Source of the DNA: Eledone cirrhosa
Lineage: Eukaryota
Direction of reading: 5' to 3'
Assembly: GCA_964016885.1 (NCBI GenBank)
Contig: CAXHJY010000370.1
Location: 13,710 to 77,709 of the forward strand
DNA: 64,000 nt
This document shows, in pieces, positions 14,670-33,849 of this stretch (its first letter is position 1; every line of letters begins with the position of its first letter). The notes under the pieces are model-generated. The model was not told the origin of the DNA. It saw nothing but the letters and a program-made list of their open reading frames with translations, and ran no database searches. The position numbers and the translations under genes are program-made.

Positions 14670-15361
14670 GTTAGTGATGATACTAGTGGTGGTGGTGGTG
14701 GTAGTGGTGGTAGTGGTGTTGGTGGTGATGTTAGTGGTGGGGGTGGTGTTCGTGTCGATGGTGGTGTTGATGTGGTAGTGTTTGTGGTAGTGGTGGTGAT
14801 GATCGTAGTGGTGGTGGGGGTGTTGGTGTCGGTGTTGATGGTTGTGTTGGTGTTGGTGGTAGTGGTGGAGGTGGTGTTGGTGTCGATGGTGGTGGTGGAG
14901 GTGGTGTTGGTGGTAGTGGTGGAGGTGGTGTTGGTGGTAGTGGTGGAGGTGGTGTTGATGGAGGTGGTGTTGGTGGTGTTGGTGGAGGTGGTGTTGGTGG
15001 TAGTGGTGGAGGTGGTGTTGGTGGTAGTAGTGGAGGTGGTGTTGGTGGTAGTGGTGGAGGTGGTGTTGGTGGTAGTGGTGGAGGTGGTGTTGGTGGAGGT
15101 GGTGTTGGTGGTAGTGGTGGAGGTGGTGTTGGTGGTAGTAGTGGAGGTGGTGTTGGTGGTAGTGGTGGTGGTAGTGGTGGTGGTGGTGGTGTTGGTGTCG
15201 ATGGTGGTGGTGTTGTGTTGGTGGCGGTGGCGGTGTTGGTGTCGGTGGTGTAGGTGTTGTTGTTGGTGTATGATGGTCATGGTAGTGATGGTGGGTGTGT
15301 TGGTGATAGTGTTGGTGTTGGTGGTGGTCGTCGTAGTAGCAGTGGTGGTGGTATAGGTGGC

Positions 15362-15399
<38 letters not shown>

Positions 15400-15785
15400 T
15401 GGTAGTAGTAGTAGTGGTGGTGGTAATGGTAGTGGTAGTAGTGGTAGTGGTAGTAGTAGTGGTAGTGGTAGTAGTGGTAGTGGTAGTGGTAGTAGTAGTG
15501 GTAGTAGTAGTAGTAGTAGTAGTGGTAGTAGTAGTAGTGGTAGTGGTAGTAGTAGTAGTAGTGGTGGTAATGGTAGTGGTAGTAGTGGTAGTGGTAGTAG
15601 TAGTGGTAGTGGTAGTAGTGGTAGTGGTAGTAGTAGTGGTAGTAGTAGTAGTAGTAGTGGTAGTAGTAGTGGTGGTGGTAGTAGTAGCGGTGGTATAGGT
15701 GGCGGTGGTAGTAGTAGTGGTGGCGGTGGTAGTAGTAGTAGTGGTAGTGGTAGTGGTAGTGGTGGTGGTAGTAGTAGTGGTGGTA
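14670..15785. repeat. (TGG)n/(TAG)n trinucleotide tracts
   Basis: Direct inspection. Confidence 0.95.
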
Positions 15786-15837
15786 AGGCTGTAAGGTTGA
15801 CCAGTGTATTCTACCTGTAACAGTTAAGAGGACACAG

Positions 15838-15841
15838 CAGT

Positions 15842-15884
<43 letters not shown>

Positions 15885-15887
15885 CTG

Positions 15888-15919
<32 letters not shown>

Positions 15920-15953
15920 CTGCACACACACACACATATATATATATATACTG

Positions 15954-15989
<36 letters not shown>

Positions 15990-16023
15990 CTGCACACACA
16001 CACACATATATATATATATACTG

Positions 16024-16059
<36 letters not shown>

Positions 16060-16190
16060 CTGCACACACACACACATATATATATATATATACTGCACAC
16101 ACACACACATATATATATATATATACTGCACACACACACACATATATATATATATACTGCACACACACACACATATATATATATATACTG

Positions 16191-16228
<38 letters not shown>

Positions 16229-16326
16229 CTGCACACACACACACATATATATATATATACTGCACACACACACATATATATATACTGCACACACACATAC
16301 ACACACACACACATATATATATACTG

Positions 16327-16360
<34 letters not shown>

Positions 16361-16435
16361 CTGCACACACACACACATATATATATATATACTGCACACA
16401 CACACACACACACACATATATACTGCACACACACA
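15838..16435. repeat. Compound minisatellite CTG(CA)n(TA)m
   Basis: Direct inspection. Confidence 0.9.
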
Positions 16436-16488
16436 TATATATATACAGCAGCAGCACACACACATATATATATAGAGAGAGAGAGCAG

Positions 16489-16538
<50 letters not shown>

Positions 16539-16727
16539 CAGCAGCACACACACACACACACACTCACATATACATATATATATAGCAGCACACACACACA
16601 GCAACACACACATACACATACATACATACCTACATAGATCTACTCATACATATATACACATACGTACGTTCGTAGATACATACACACATACATACATACA
16701 CACATGCATACACACTCATACAATCGT

Positions 16728-16769
<42 letters not shown>

Positions 16770-16899
16770 ACACACACAAGTACTGTTGCTTACAGAAGCT
16801 TAGACATATATAAACATATACGCACTTAGCACACACACATACTTACAAACATGTATGACAGCGCTCACAGCATACACATAAATCTACATGCGCACATAC

Positions 16900-17220
16900 A
16901 CACACATACACCGCACACTCATATATACATCTACTTGCACAGAGGCGCACACACACACACATACACCGCACTCTCATATATACATCTACTTGCACACACG
17001 CACACACACACACATACACCGCACTCTCATATATACATCTACTTGCACAGAGGCGCACACACACACATACACCGCACTCTCATATATACATCTACTTGCA
17101 CACACGCACACACACACACATACACCGCACTCTCATATATACATCTACTTGCACACACGCACACACACACACATACACCGCACTCTCATATATACATCTA
17201 CTTGCACAGAGGCGCACACA
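16900..17220. repeat. ~46-50-bp minisatellite (CATACACCGCACTCTCATATATACATCTACTTGCACA...)
   Basis: About 6 tandem copies. Confidence 0.9.
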
Positions 17221-19074
17221 CACACACACACACACAGACACATACATGTACTGAAAACTCCAGAGATACACATATATATAAGACTACGAACGCATACACA
17301 CGGTCAGATATACATACACACACACACACGGTGATATATGCTGTCAAACATACGCATACACACAAACAAAGACATACATACAAGATTGTTTACACACACA
17401 CAAACATACATTCGTACATATTAAACTTAGTTCTAGTAGTAGTAGTGGTGGTGGTGGTGGTAGTGGTGGTAGTAGTAGTTGTTGTAGTAACGGTAGTAAT
17501 AGTAGTAGTAGTAGTAATAGTTGTTGTAGTAGTAATAGTTGTTGTAATGGTAGTTGTAGAAGTAACGGTAGTAGTATTAGTAGTAGTAGTAGTTGTTGTA
17601 GTTGTAGTAGTAACGGTAGTAGTATTAGTTGATGTGGTAGTAGTAGTAGTTGTTGTTGTTAGTGTAGTAGTAGTAGTGGTAGTAGTAGTTGTTGTTAGTG
17701 TAGTAGTAGTAGTAGTGGTAGTAGTAGTTGTTGTTAGTGTAGTAGTAGTAGTGGTAGTAGTAGTTGTTGTTAGTGTAGTAGTGGTAGTGGTAGTTGTTGT
17801 TAGTGTAGTAGTAGTAGTAGTGGTAGTAGTAGTTGTTGTTAGTGTAGTAGTAGTAGTGGTAGTAGTAGTTGTTGTTAGTGTAGTAGTAGTTGTTGTTAGT
17901 GTAGTAGTAGTAGTAGTGGTAGTAGTAGTTGTTGTTGTTAGTGTAGTAGTAGTAGTAGTAGTGGTAGTAGTAGTAGTAGTTGTTAGTGTAGTAGTAGTAG
18001 AATGTATTGTTGCTATTAGTGCAATTGTAGTTTAGCCCCAGGTCATTGTTAATCCAGGCAGACATATGACCCAAGACATTCCAGATTACGACCATCACCT
18101 TGTAATTGATGACGACCACTTTACAGAAGGCTGGAGGGTGATTTGACGACTATTTCTAGCTTATCGTGTGACCACGCTGGGTCTTCTTCGTAAGTGTGTC
18201 TTGTAATTGATGCTGGTGGTGGTGGAGATGGTGTTGGTGGTGCAGACGGTGTTGGTGGTGGAGATGGTGTTGGTGGTGGTGGTGGTACTGGAGACGGTGG
18301 TGTTGGTGGTGGTGGTGGTGTTAGTGACGATGGTGATAGCGGGGGTGTTATTGGTGGTGGTGGTGGTATTGGTAATGGTGGTGTCGCTGATGGTGGTGGT
18401 GTTGGTATTGTTGATGGTGGTGATGGTATTGAACCCCAACACCACCACCACCACCACCACCACACCACCGCCACCACCACCACCACCACCACACCACCAC
18501 CACCACCACCACCACCACCACACCACCACCACACCACCACCACCACACCACCACCACACCACCACCACCACACCACCACCACACCACCACCACCACCACC
18601 ACCACACCACCACCACCACCACACCACCACCACCACCACCACCACACCACCACCACCACCACCACACCACCACCACCACACCACCACCACCACCACCACA
18701 CCACCACCACACCACCACCACACCACCACCACACCACCACCACCACCACACCACACCACCACCACCACCACCACCACCAACACTAGACTCCTCCAATCGT
18801 GGTTCGAACTTGAAAACCTTACCTCAAAACAAACACTCGGAATAAACAACGTAAATTGATGACCCCCCCCCCCATAAATTAAAACAACAAAAAAGTATGG
18901 AACAAAAAATAAATAAACGAAATTCCTTTTTCAAAATACTAAGTCTTCCTCCCCCCTCTGTGTGTGTGTGTGTATAGATATATGTGTGTGTGTGTATGTG
19001 TGTCTGTGTATAGATATATATATGTGTGTGTGTGTGTATGTATAAATATATATATGGATATATATATGTGTGTG

Positions 19075-19111
<37 letters not shown>

Positions 19112-19144
19112 ATGTATATATATGTGTGTGTGTGTATATATATA

Positions 19145-19195
<51 letters not shown>

Positions 19196-19258
19196 ATGTA
19201 TATATATATGTGTGTGTATATATATATATATGTGTGTGTATATATATATATATATGTC

Positions 19259-19366
<108 letters not shown>

Positions 19367-19867
19367 ACGTGTGTATCCCTATCTAACCCACACGCACAGA
19401 TACACACACACATATATCTATATATACATACACACACATATTTATATATATATATATAATATACACAGAGATGTATACATACACACGCATATATATCTAC
19501 ACACACATACACACATATATACACACACATGTATGCATATATAGACATACACGCATATATATATGTACACACACACACAAATATATATATACATACACAC
19601 ATATATATACACACCCACATATATATATATACACACACACACACTCATATATATATACACATACACACACATATTTACACTCACACATATATACACGAAT
19701 ACACATACACACACACATATATACACACGCACACTTATATACATACACATATATATATACACACAACTATATAGACATACTCACATATATATTTATATAC
19801 ACTCACATATACACACACACTCATATACACATCTATATATATATATGTGTACACACACACATCTACC

Positions 19868-19903
<36 letters not shown>

Positions 19904-20114
19904 TCCCTTCTTATCTTTCCTTCTTTCGTGCATTATCCCCCACCCCCACCCTTCCTTCCTATATCACTTCTTGTTGCTTCCGTGTTCATTTTAAAACTAC
20001 TACTACTACTACTACTATTTCTACTACTACTTTTACTATTTCTACTACTACTTTTACTATTACTACTACTTTTACTATTACAACTACTACTTTTACTATT
20101 ACAACTACTACTTT

Positions 20115-20164
<50 letters not shown>

Positions 20165-20369
20165 TTACTACTACTACTACTACAATTACAACTGCTACTA
20201 TTACTACTACTACTACCACCAACACCACCAACACTACTACTATTTCAAGCCAAAGAGATGAATCTATAAATGGTAAGATTTGTTCTACAACACCCCCCCG
20301 ATCCTATATGAAAAGTAGTTTGACACGTAAGGTGCAGAGTTTGACAACATTGAAATAGGACCGTGGCAC

Positions 20370-20940
20370 ACCTAATATAAACGGCTCACAATATGGGACA
20401 AATAATGTAGGACCCACTGACGAGAACTCAGAGACGAGAAAAACTCTTCAGTGTTCTACCACTATGTCAAACTAGATCTTAGTGAATCGCTCGAGATCAT
20501 TGAAATACAAATTATATCTACACACCGAACGAACTCAATGCTCCGATTAAGGAAGCCACACATATACAAGAAAATAAACCTCACCTCAATAGTATATATG
20601 AATGGAATAACAATTCGACAAGTAAAAGGATTCATAAGAGTAAATTTAAAAGTGTGCACAAGCAAGCATAAACCAATCCTACATAGAATACAGAAATAGA
20701 ACAACCACTATCTACTGACAGATGGTACAAAAACAAATAGAGAAAACAAGTGCACGAAAACTTGGAGGAGAAGCAAAACATGAAGACATGCACAGATACA
20801 CTAAAAGACAGGTTAGAGTAAATAGAATGAGATCAGAACAAAGAGAAGACACAGAGGAGCAAGATTAGTCATTGAGAAGGTCACAGGATGTGTGACGAAA
20901 GCGTGTTGACAAATGACCATCGGTTGCCAAAACAACCGAG
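20370..20940 (+). mobile_element. Decayed Penelope-like element 3' end (GIY-YIG tail, 3' UTR, degenerate HHR at 20868-20910)
   Basis: H*RELRDEKNSSVFYH..LEIIEIQIISTH..EATHIQENKPHLNSIYEWNN aligns with the C-terminus of the 56677 ORF. GGTCACAGGATGTGTGACGAAA matches the HHR at 58004. Confidence 0.8.
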
Positions 20941-20959
20941 TAATGTATTAGTTAGCTAA

Positions 20960-21325
20960 CTAATAATTGTTACTACTTTTTGCACAAGGCCAGCAATTAA
21001 ATCAGTGTATTACTGGTACTTTATTTTATCGACCTTGTAAGGATGAAAAGCAAAGTTAACCTCGGTAGGATTTGAAGTCAGAACGTAAAGGACCATAACT
21101 CTATGCTGCAAAGCATAGTGTCTGACATTCTACCGACACTGCCAAATAATGATTTCTACTCTAGGTACAAGGCCGACAATTTGGGGGCAAGGGAAAGTCG
21201 ATTAAATCGACATTAGTACATTACTGGTACTTTATTTTATCGACCTCGTAAGGATGAAAGGCAAAGTTAACCTTGCCGGGATTTGAACTCAGATCGTAAA
21301 GGGACGTAACTATGCTGGAAAGCAT
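20960..21325 (-). mobile_element. Two tandem S1 SINE copies
   Basis: Central domain and B-box each seen twice. Confidence 0.8.
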
Positions 21326-21404
21326 GTCCAAATAATAACACTGAAGTGGAACTCATGTGGTACGCATGCCTTTATTGGGAACATCACCTTCCACAGTATA
21401 TAAT

Positions 21405-21461
21405 TTTGATAAGTTTAAAAGGTTTCGGCCGGTATTGGCCCAGGCCATGTCTAACTTAATA
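21405..21461 (-). mobile_element. CR1-like LINE 3' UTR fragment
   Basis: Reverse complement matches 28955-29015. Confidence 0.7.
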
Positions 21462-22137
21462 ACACGACATCTTTTTTTTTTAATACATTTAGCATCTAAA
21501 TATTATATTCCTGCATCAGTAAATTTTGAACTACAAACTAGCTAAACATAAAACCTATAACCAGCTTATAAGAGTACCAAGAAATACGACATGTAAAACC
21601 GTAGTTGAAATTGAATCTAGCTGTTGACTCCTACGAATAAGTCAAGTACAGTTCCCCCCCCCCCCCTCCCCCTCTCCTTCCAGACAAAAGGCGTGTTCTT
21701 ACGTGCACTGTGTATAGCATGGGGCTTAATAAGAAACCCAATACGTAGCGACCTAGTGGTTAGGGTGTCGGACTCAACTATCACGACGTCGTGGCTTCGA
21801 TTCCTGGAACGGGTTGCATGATATCGTTCAAGCTGTCCTGGTATACATGAACACAAACAGAGGTAGTTGCTAGAAATAGCAGACAAACCTCTATCAAGTC
21901 GTACTTCACTCTCTTAAAAATGAGTCATTATGTAGGTTATATATAATATATATATATGAAAATGTTCAGGATCCCGACGGCAGAGCTCAAGCCGTTTCGA
22001 CGGCTTATATATATGTATATATATACATTTATTTATATATATATATATATATACACATACATATATATATATTTAGATATATATATATATACACATACAT
22101 ATACATATATTTAGATATATATATATACACATACATA

Positions 22138-22181
<44 letters not shown>

Positions 22182-22365
22182 CATATATTTATATATATAT
22201 ATATACACATACATATACATATATTTAGATATATATATATATACACATACATATATATATATACACATACATATATACATATATATATATACACATACAT
22301 ATACATATACATATAGACACATACACATACATATATATATATATATATATGTTAATGCTTCTTGT

Positions 22366-22424
22366 ATCTTTGCTTGCCCTGATGAGTCCTTATTAATGGG
22401 ACGAAACATTGTTGACCAATAAAG
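22366..22424 (+). ncRNA. Hammerhead ribozyme (family C, degenerate stem I)
   Basis: CTGATGA-GTCC TTATTAATG GGAC-GAAA-CATTGTT. Confidence 0.6.
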
Positions 22425-22733
22425 ACTTTTGATGTATTGAAACCCTCTTTGTTTATTTTTTATAATTTTTATAACATATATATATATATACATACATATA
22501 CATACACATACATATACATATATATACACATACATATACATATATATACACACACACACACACATATATATACACACACACACATATACATATATATATA
22601 CACACACACACACATATATATATACACACACACACACACATACACACACAATATATATATATATATATAACTATTTGAGTACCATGACTGAATCTTAACC
22701 ATCTACTAAGTCAGGGTATGTCATGCATAATCT

Positions 22734-22800
22734 TATTTTATCTGATGAGGACGTACTGTTGAAGATAGCTCAGTACCTCTGAAATATGTATAATAAAATA
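22734..22800 (+). ncRNA. Hammerhead ribozyme (family A)
   Basis: TATTTTAT-CTGATGA-...-GAAATATGTATA|ATAAAATA with an 8-bp stem I. Confidence 0.8.
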
Positions 22801-23388
22801 TACTTGATCACACGAATGTCTAATTTTGTTAATATTTTGAATTAATATATATATATATATATTAGAAAGTGAGGATTTTTTACAAAATGAAAAATACCCG
22901 AGGTGTCCTACACGAGTGAAAGTATAAAGAAAAAGAGATGAAATCGAAAATGCAACTGGAGTCTTATTTTAAAAAAAAATATACATATATTTTTTAAAAT
23001 AAGACTCCAGTTGCATTTTCGATTTCATCTTTTTTTCTTTATATATATATATATATACACACACATACATATATACATATATATAATATATAGAAAAGGT
23101 AATACACGAGAGAGAGAGTGTGTGATTATCAATGTACAGGGGAAAATTACAGGGACCAACGCGAGTTTATGACTCCGTTAATTTATTTTATATACATGCA
23201 TATTACATTCTGTTATATATTTCTCTCTCTCTCCTTTTCCCCCCCAATAACTTCCTATAGTTATTGACGCACTGGAACTAAACATATTGTCTTTAATGCA
23301 TAGAAATCCAACAGACAACTGATGATGGGAAATATCCTCCGTTTGTGCTTATATATATATATATATATACGATATATATATTTATGTG

Positions 23389-23427
<39 letters not shown>

Positions 23428-23550
23428 GTTATATTTAATTTGTTGGGATTCCAACAAACTTAAAGGTTTATAACTTATATAGAGCACTCAACAGTTTACT
23501 AGAGTAATCAATATATTAATAAATGGAAACTATATTTATAAAACCATAAT

Positions 23551-23615
23551 TATTTTATTATATATATTTCAAGGGCAACCAAGGCAGGCTTGGTTCGCTT
23601 TCATCAGATAAAATA
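23551..23615 (-). ncRNA. Hammerhead ribozyme (family B)
   Basis: TATTTTAT-CTGATGA-stem II (AACCAAG/CTTGGTT)-GAAATATATATA|ATAAAATA. Confidence 0.75.
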
Positions 23616-23679
23616 CAAAATTTGTTTTATAAATAGTCACATAGCCATGGAAAATAACCTTGACGGTTGAAAATTCGCT

Positions 23680-23785
<106 letters not shown>

Positions 23786-24433
23786 TTATATATATATATA
23801 TATAAGCCATATGTATTCCTGGTCATACGAATGAAATATTTCTAGTGCTAAGAAGCAATTTCTATATTAAATTTCGTTGATCTAACTCTACTAATGTATT
23901 GGGTATCTTATTTACAGTGGTAATCCTCGATTTCACTCGGGAACTACACACATATATATATATAAAGAGCCAGGACCCAGACGGCTGAGCTCCGGTCGTT
24001 TCGACAGCTAAATCCGAATTGCTGCGGGCAGACACGAGAGCCACGAATCGTTACGGACCCGGATCCAGCTATCTAACCAGCCGGAGCTCAGCCGTCGGGG
24101 TCTAACTATTTTCCTATTACCCACTCTACTACCCTAAGTATTGAGTACTCTGGTGCGTTATGGTCCATCTGGTTCCTTGTTTCTTACCTCACTTTCTTTG
24201 TTATACACATATATATGTGTGTGTGTGTGTATATATATATATAACGAAGGAAGTGTGGTAAGGAACCAGGTGGACCATCACGCACCAGAGTACTCGATAC
24301 TTAGGCTAGTAGAGCGGGTAATAGGAAAAGGTTCAAGACCCCGACGGCAGAACTCGAGCCGTTTCGGCGGCTATTTCCAGAAATAGCCGACGAAACGGCT
24401 TGAGCTCTGCCATTGGGGTCTTGAACATTTTCC

Positions 24434-24471
<38 letters not shown>

Positions 24472-24506
24472 TATATATATACAGAGACACATACATATAT
24501 GTATAA

Positions 24507-24581
<75 letters not shown>

Positions 24582-24759
24582 TAGTAAACGGAATGACACG
24601 TGGATAACAGATCAGTGATAAATACGTATATGACTCTCAGATAGGAATTCTTTGAATTTCGAAGAAAGATTTCTTCGTAAACACTTAAACACTTGCACGG
24701 AGAGACGAGGAGAGCCTCCTTATACGTACTATGTATTTATATTACTGTCACTGATATAT

Positions 24760-28770
<4,011 letters not shown>

Positions 28771-28774
28771 ATCA

Positions 28775-29015
28775 CACCAGGACACGTCAAAACAGAAACT
28801 GACCACACAAAATTCAAGAAGTCTTTGGACAAATTCCTCCAAGTAATCCCGGACAAACCACCCACACCCGGATATGTCTCCGCAAACAGTAATTCTTTTC
28901 TCGAATGGGCCATGGTGCCCAAATCCTGAATTGAAAGACTTCGCCAGGTGGTGCTATTAAGTTAGACATGGCCTGGGCCAATACTGGCCAAAACATTTCA
29001 AAGTTTTCAAAGTTT
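28775..29015 (+). mobile_element. CR1/L2-group LINE 3' end inserted in (TA)n
   Basis: [36 protein letters not shown]...stop resembles CR1-group C-termini. The 3' UTR carries a GGCC..GGCC stem. Confidence 0.7.
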
Positions 29016-29056
29016 TATATATATATACATATATATTCATATATATATATATATAT

Positions 29057-29151
<95 letters not shown>

Positions 29152-29158
29152 CATATAT

Positions 29159-29339
<181 letters not shown>

Positions 29340-29340
29340 C

Positions 29341-29391
<51 letters not shown>

Positions 29392-29432
29392 CATATATAT
29401 ACATATATATATATATATATACATATATATAC

Positions 29433-29464
<32 letters not shown>

Positions 29465-29648
29465 CCATATATATATATATATCCATATATATATATATAT
29501 ATATCCATATATATACATATATATATCCATATATATACATATATATATATACATATATATATATATATCCATATATATACATATATATATATATATCCAT
29601 ATATATACATATATATATATATATCCATATATATATGTATATATATAT

Positions 29649-29761
<113 letters not shown>

Positions 29762-29860
29762 TATATCCATATATATATATCCATATATATATATACATAT
29801 ATATATATCCATATATATATATCCATATATATATATCCATATACATATATATATATATCC

Positions 29861-29894
<34 letters not shown>

Positions 29895-30589
29895 CCATAT
29901 ATATATATATATATATATATCCATATATATATATATACATATATATATATACATATATATATACATATATACATATACATATATATATATACATATATAC
30001 ATATATATATATACATATATATATACATATATATATATATATACATATATATACATATACATATATATACATATATATATGCATATATATATATGCATAT
30101 ATATATATATATATACATATATATACAATACACATATATATATACATATATATACATATATATATATACATATATATGCACATATATAATTATATACATA
30201 TATATATACATATATATACATATATATATACATATATTTACATATATATATATACATATACCTATATATATACATATATATACATATATATATACATATA
30301 TTTACATATGCATATATATATATGTATATATATATATACATATATATACATATATGTGTGTGTGTGTGTTGAAATAAAGCGCAGAAAATAGAATATAATC
30401 CTAAAAAAAAAATGGGGCGTGGAGCTTTGACTCTGGGGGGCATTGGGTGTGTGCGGTGGTAGCTGGTGGCGGTGGGGGTGTATGTGTCAATGGTGGTGGG
30501 GTGGGTAGGGGGTCTCTGTTGGAGGTAGGGTGGGGCTGGGGGTCGGCGATAGGGGTGGGGGTGTATGTGTCAATGGTGGTGGTGGCGTT

Positions 30590-30987
30590 AGTAGTACTAG
30601 TTGTAATAGTAGTTGTAGTAATAGTAATAGTGGTAATAGTAGTAGTCATAGTGGTAGTAGTAGTAGTAGTAGCTATAGTAGTAGTAGCAGTTGCTATAGT
30701 AGTAGTAGAAGTAGCTATAGTAGTAGTAGCTATAGTAGCTATAGTAGTAGTAGTAGCTATAGTAGTAGTAGTAGCTATAGTGGCTCTAGTAGTAGTAGTA
30801 GCTATAGTGGCTATAGTAGAAGTAGTAGTAGTAGTTGCTATAGTAGTAGTAGTAGTAGCTATAATAGCGATAGTAGCTATAGTAGTAGCTATAGTAGTAG
30901 CTTTAGTAGTTATAGTAGTAGTAGTAGTAGTAGTGGTAGCTATAGTAGTAGTAGCAGTAGCAGGAGTAGCTATAGTAGTAGTAGCTA

Positions 30988-31026
<39 letters not shown>

Positions 31027-31202
31027 CTATAGTAGTAGTAGTAGCAGCAGCAGCAGTAGCTATAGTAGTAGTAGTAGTAGCTATAGTAGTAGTAACTATA
31101 GTAGCATTAGTAGTAGTAGTTGCTATAGTACTAGTAGCTATATTAACATTAGTAGTAGTAGTTGCTATACTAGTATTAGTAGCTATAGTAGTAGTAGTAG
31201 TA
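30590..31202. repeat. (TAG)n with GCTA interruptions
   Basis: Direct inspection. Confidence 0.9.
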
Positions 31203-31512
31203 GAGTGCCATTTGATTTCGCCGATTGTGAGGGGGACGGCGGGTGACGATGCGAAAGCCCGCGGGAAATGGCGAATGGCGGCGCGCTTGTATGTAATTGA
31301 GAAATAAATAGATGCTGGTGTACTGGTCTGTGTGTGTGTGTGGGTCTGTGTGTGTGTGTGTGTCAGTGGGTGTGTTTATGTCAGTTTTGGGGGCATGTAT
31401 GTGAGTGTGAATGTGTGTGCACTTGTTGACTGACATACAAACATGCACACACGCATATATATATATATATATACATATGTGTGTCTGTGTGCGAATATAT
31501 ATATATATATAA

Positions 31513-31555
<43 letters not shown>

Positions 31556-31575
31556 TATATATATATATATATTTA

Positions 31576-31654
<79 letters not shown>

Positions 31655-31682
31655 TTATATATATATATATATATATATATAC

Positions 31683-31780
<98 letters not shown>

Positions 31781-31781
31781 T

Positions 31782-31813
<32 letters not shown>

Positions 31814-31850
31814 TATATACATTTATATATATATATATATATATATATAC

Positions 31851-31917
<67 letters not shown>

Positions 31918-31947
31918 TGTACATATATATATATATATATATATTTA

Positions 31948-32033
<86 letters not shown>

Positions 32034-32079
32034 TATATACATATATATATACATTTATATATATACATATATATATATA

Positions 32080-32430
32080 TGTCGTCGGCAAATTCAGCAT
32101 CCGATACCCTTTTCGCCCCAACTCTCCTGCTCTGAGCCGGTGCTACAGTAAAGCCAGTGTCCTGGTGTTTCTCCAGTGCAAGGCGCATACAATAGTCCAC
32201 TACGATGATAGAAAGGTAGGGAGCCAATGTATCTCCCTGGAGCACTCCAGCCAGTATCTCAAAGAGCTCCGTCATCCCGTCAGGTGTAATGACTTGGGCT
32301 TTGGTGTTGGTGTAGAGCAGTGATATCAGGTCCACTATCTTCTTGGGGATTCCATAAGCCTGTAAGATCTTCATCAGGCAGTGACGGTCCACAGAATCAA
32401 AGGCCTTCCTAAAGTCAATGAAAACCATGA
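32080..32430 (-). mobile_element. RTE LINE reverse-transcriptase fragment (inverted 5' segment)
   Basis: [11 protein letters not shown]...[12 protein letters not shown]...FADD RT motifs. Confidence 0.92.
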
Positions 32431-32696
32431 CCCAAAAGTCAGCTCAAAAGTGACACAGAGGAGACTGAGGTTGGCTGGACATGCTCACCGACATCCAGAG
32501 TTGACATTGCACCCAGTGCTCCTTTTGGGAGCCCCTACATGGACACACTAGAAGAGGAAGACCAAGGTTAACATATGTTGATGCCCTAAGGACAGACACT
32601 GGTCTGTTGGAGATGCAGGACATGGCAGCGATAATGAGGGACAGAGACCGCTGGAGAGAACTCGTCCATGGATCTCGGGAATTTTACCCGCCTTAG
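32431..32696 (+). mobile_element. RTE LINE 3' end
   Basis: [51 protein letters not shown]..stop, with one frameshift. Confidence 0.88.
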
Positions 32697-32767
32697 ATAG
32701 ATATATATATATATATATATACATATATACATATATATATACATTTATATATATATATATATACATT

Positions 32768-32803
<36 letters not shown>

Positions 32804-32880
32804 CATATATATATACATATATATATATACATATATATATACATATATATATACATATATATATATACATATATATATAC

Positions 32881-32925
<45 letters not shown>

Positions 32926-33004
32926 TATATACATATATATACATATATATATACATATATATATACATATATATATACATATATATATACATATATATAT
33001 ATAC

Positions 33005-33049
<45 letters not shown>

Positions 33050-33080
33050 TATATACATATATATATACATATATATATAC

Positions 33081-33159
<79 letters not shown>

Positions 33160-33160
33160 C

Positions 33161-33263
<103 letters not shown>

Positions 33264-33365
33264 CATATATATATACATATATATATATATACATATATAT
33301 ATACATATATATATATATACATATATATATATACATTTATATATATATATATATATATATACATT

Positions 33366-33399
<34 letters not shown>

Positions 33400-33712
33400 C
33401 ATTTATATATATATATATATACATTTATATATATATATATATATACATTTATATATATATATACATTTATATATATATATATATACATTTATATATACAT
33501 TTATATATAGGAACCAGTAAGACCCCGACAGCTGAGCTCAAGCCGTTTCGACGGCTAATTCTGGACTAAATAGTCCAGAATTAGCCGTCGAAACGGCTTG
33601 AGCTCAGCTGTCGGGGTCTTACTGGTTCCTATTACCCACTCTACTACCTCAAGTATTGAGTACTTTGGTGCGTTATGGTCCACCTGGTTCCTTACCACAT
33701 TTCCTTCGTTAC

Positions 33713-33770
<58 letters not shown>

Positions 33771-33802
33771 TTATATATATATACATTTATATATATATAT
33801 AC

Positions 33803-33843
<41 letters not shown>

Positions 33844-33849
33844 ATACAT

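Noticed and set aside
23320-23336. CTGATGATGGGAAA hammerhead-like core
   Set aside because: No room for stem II and no stem I pairing.
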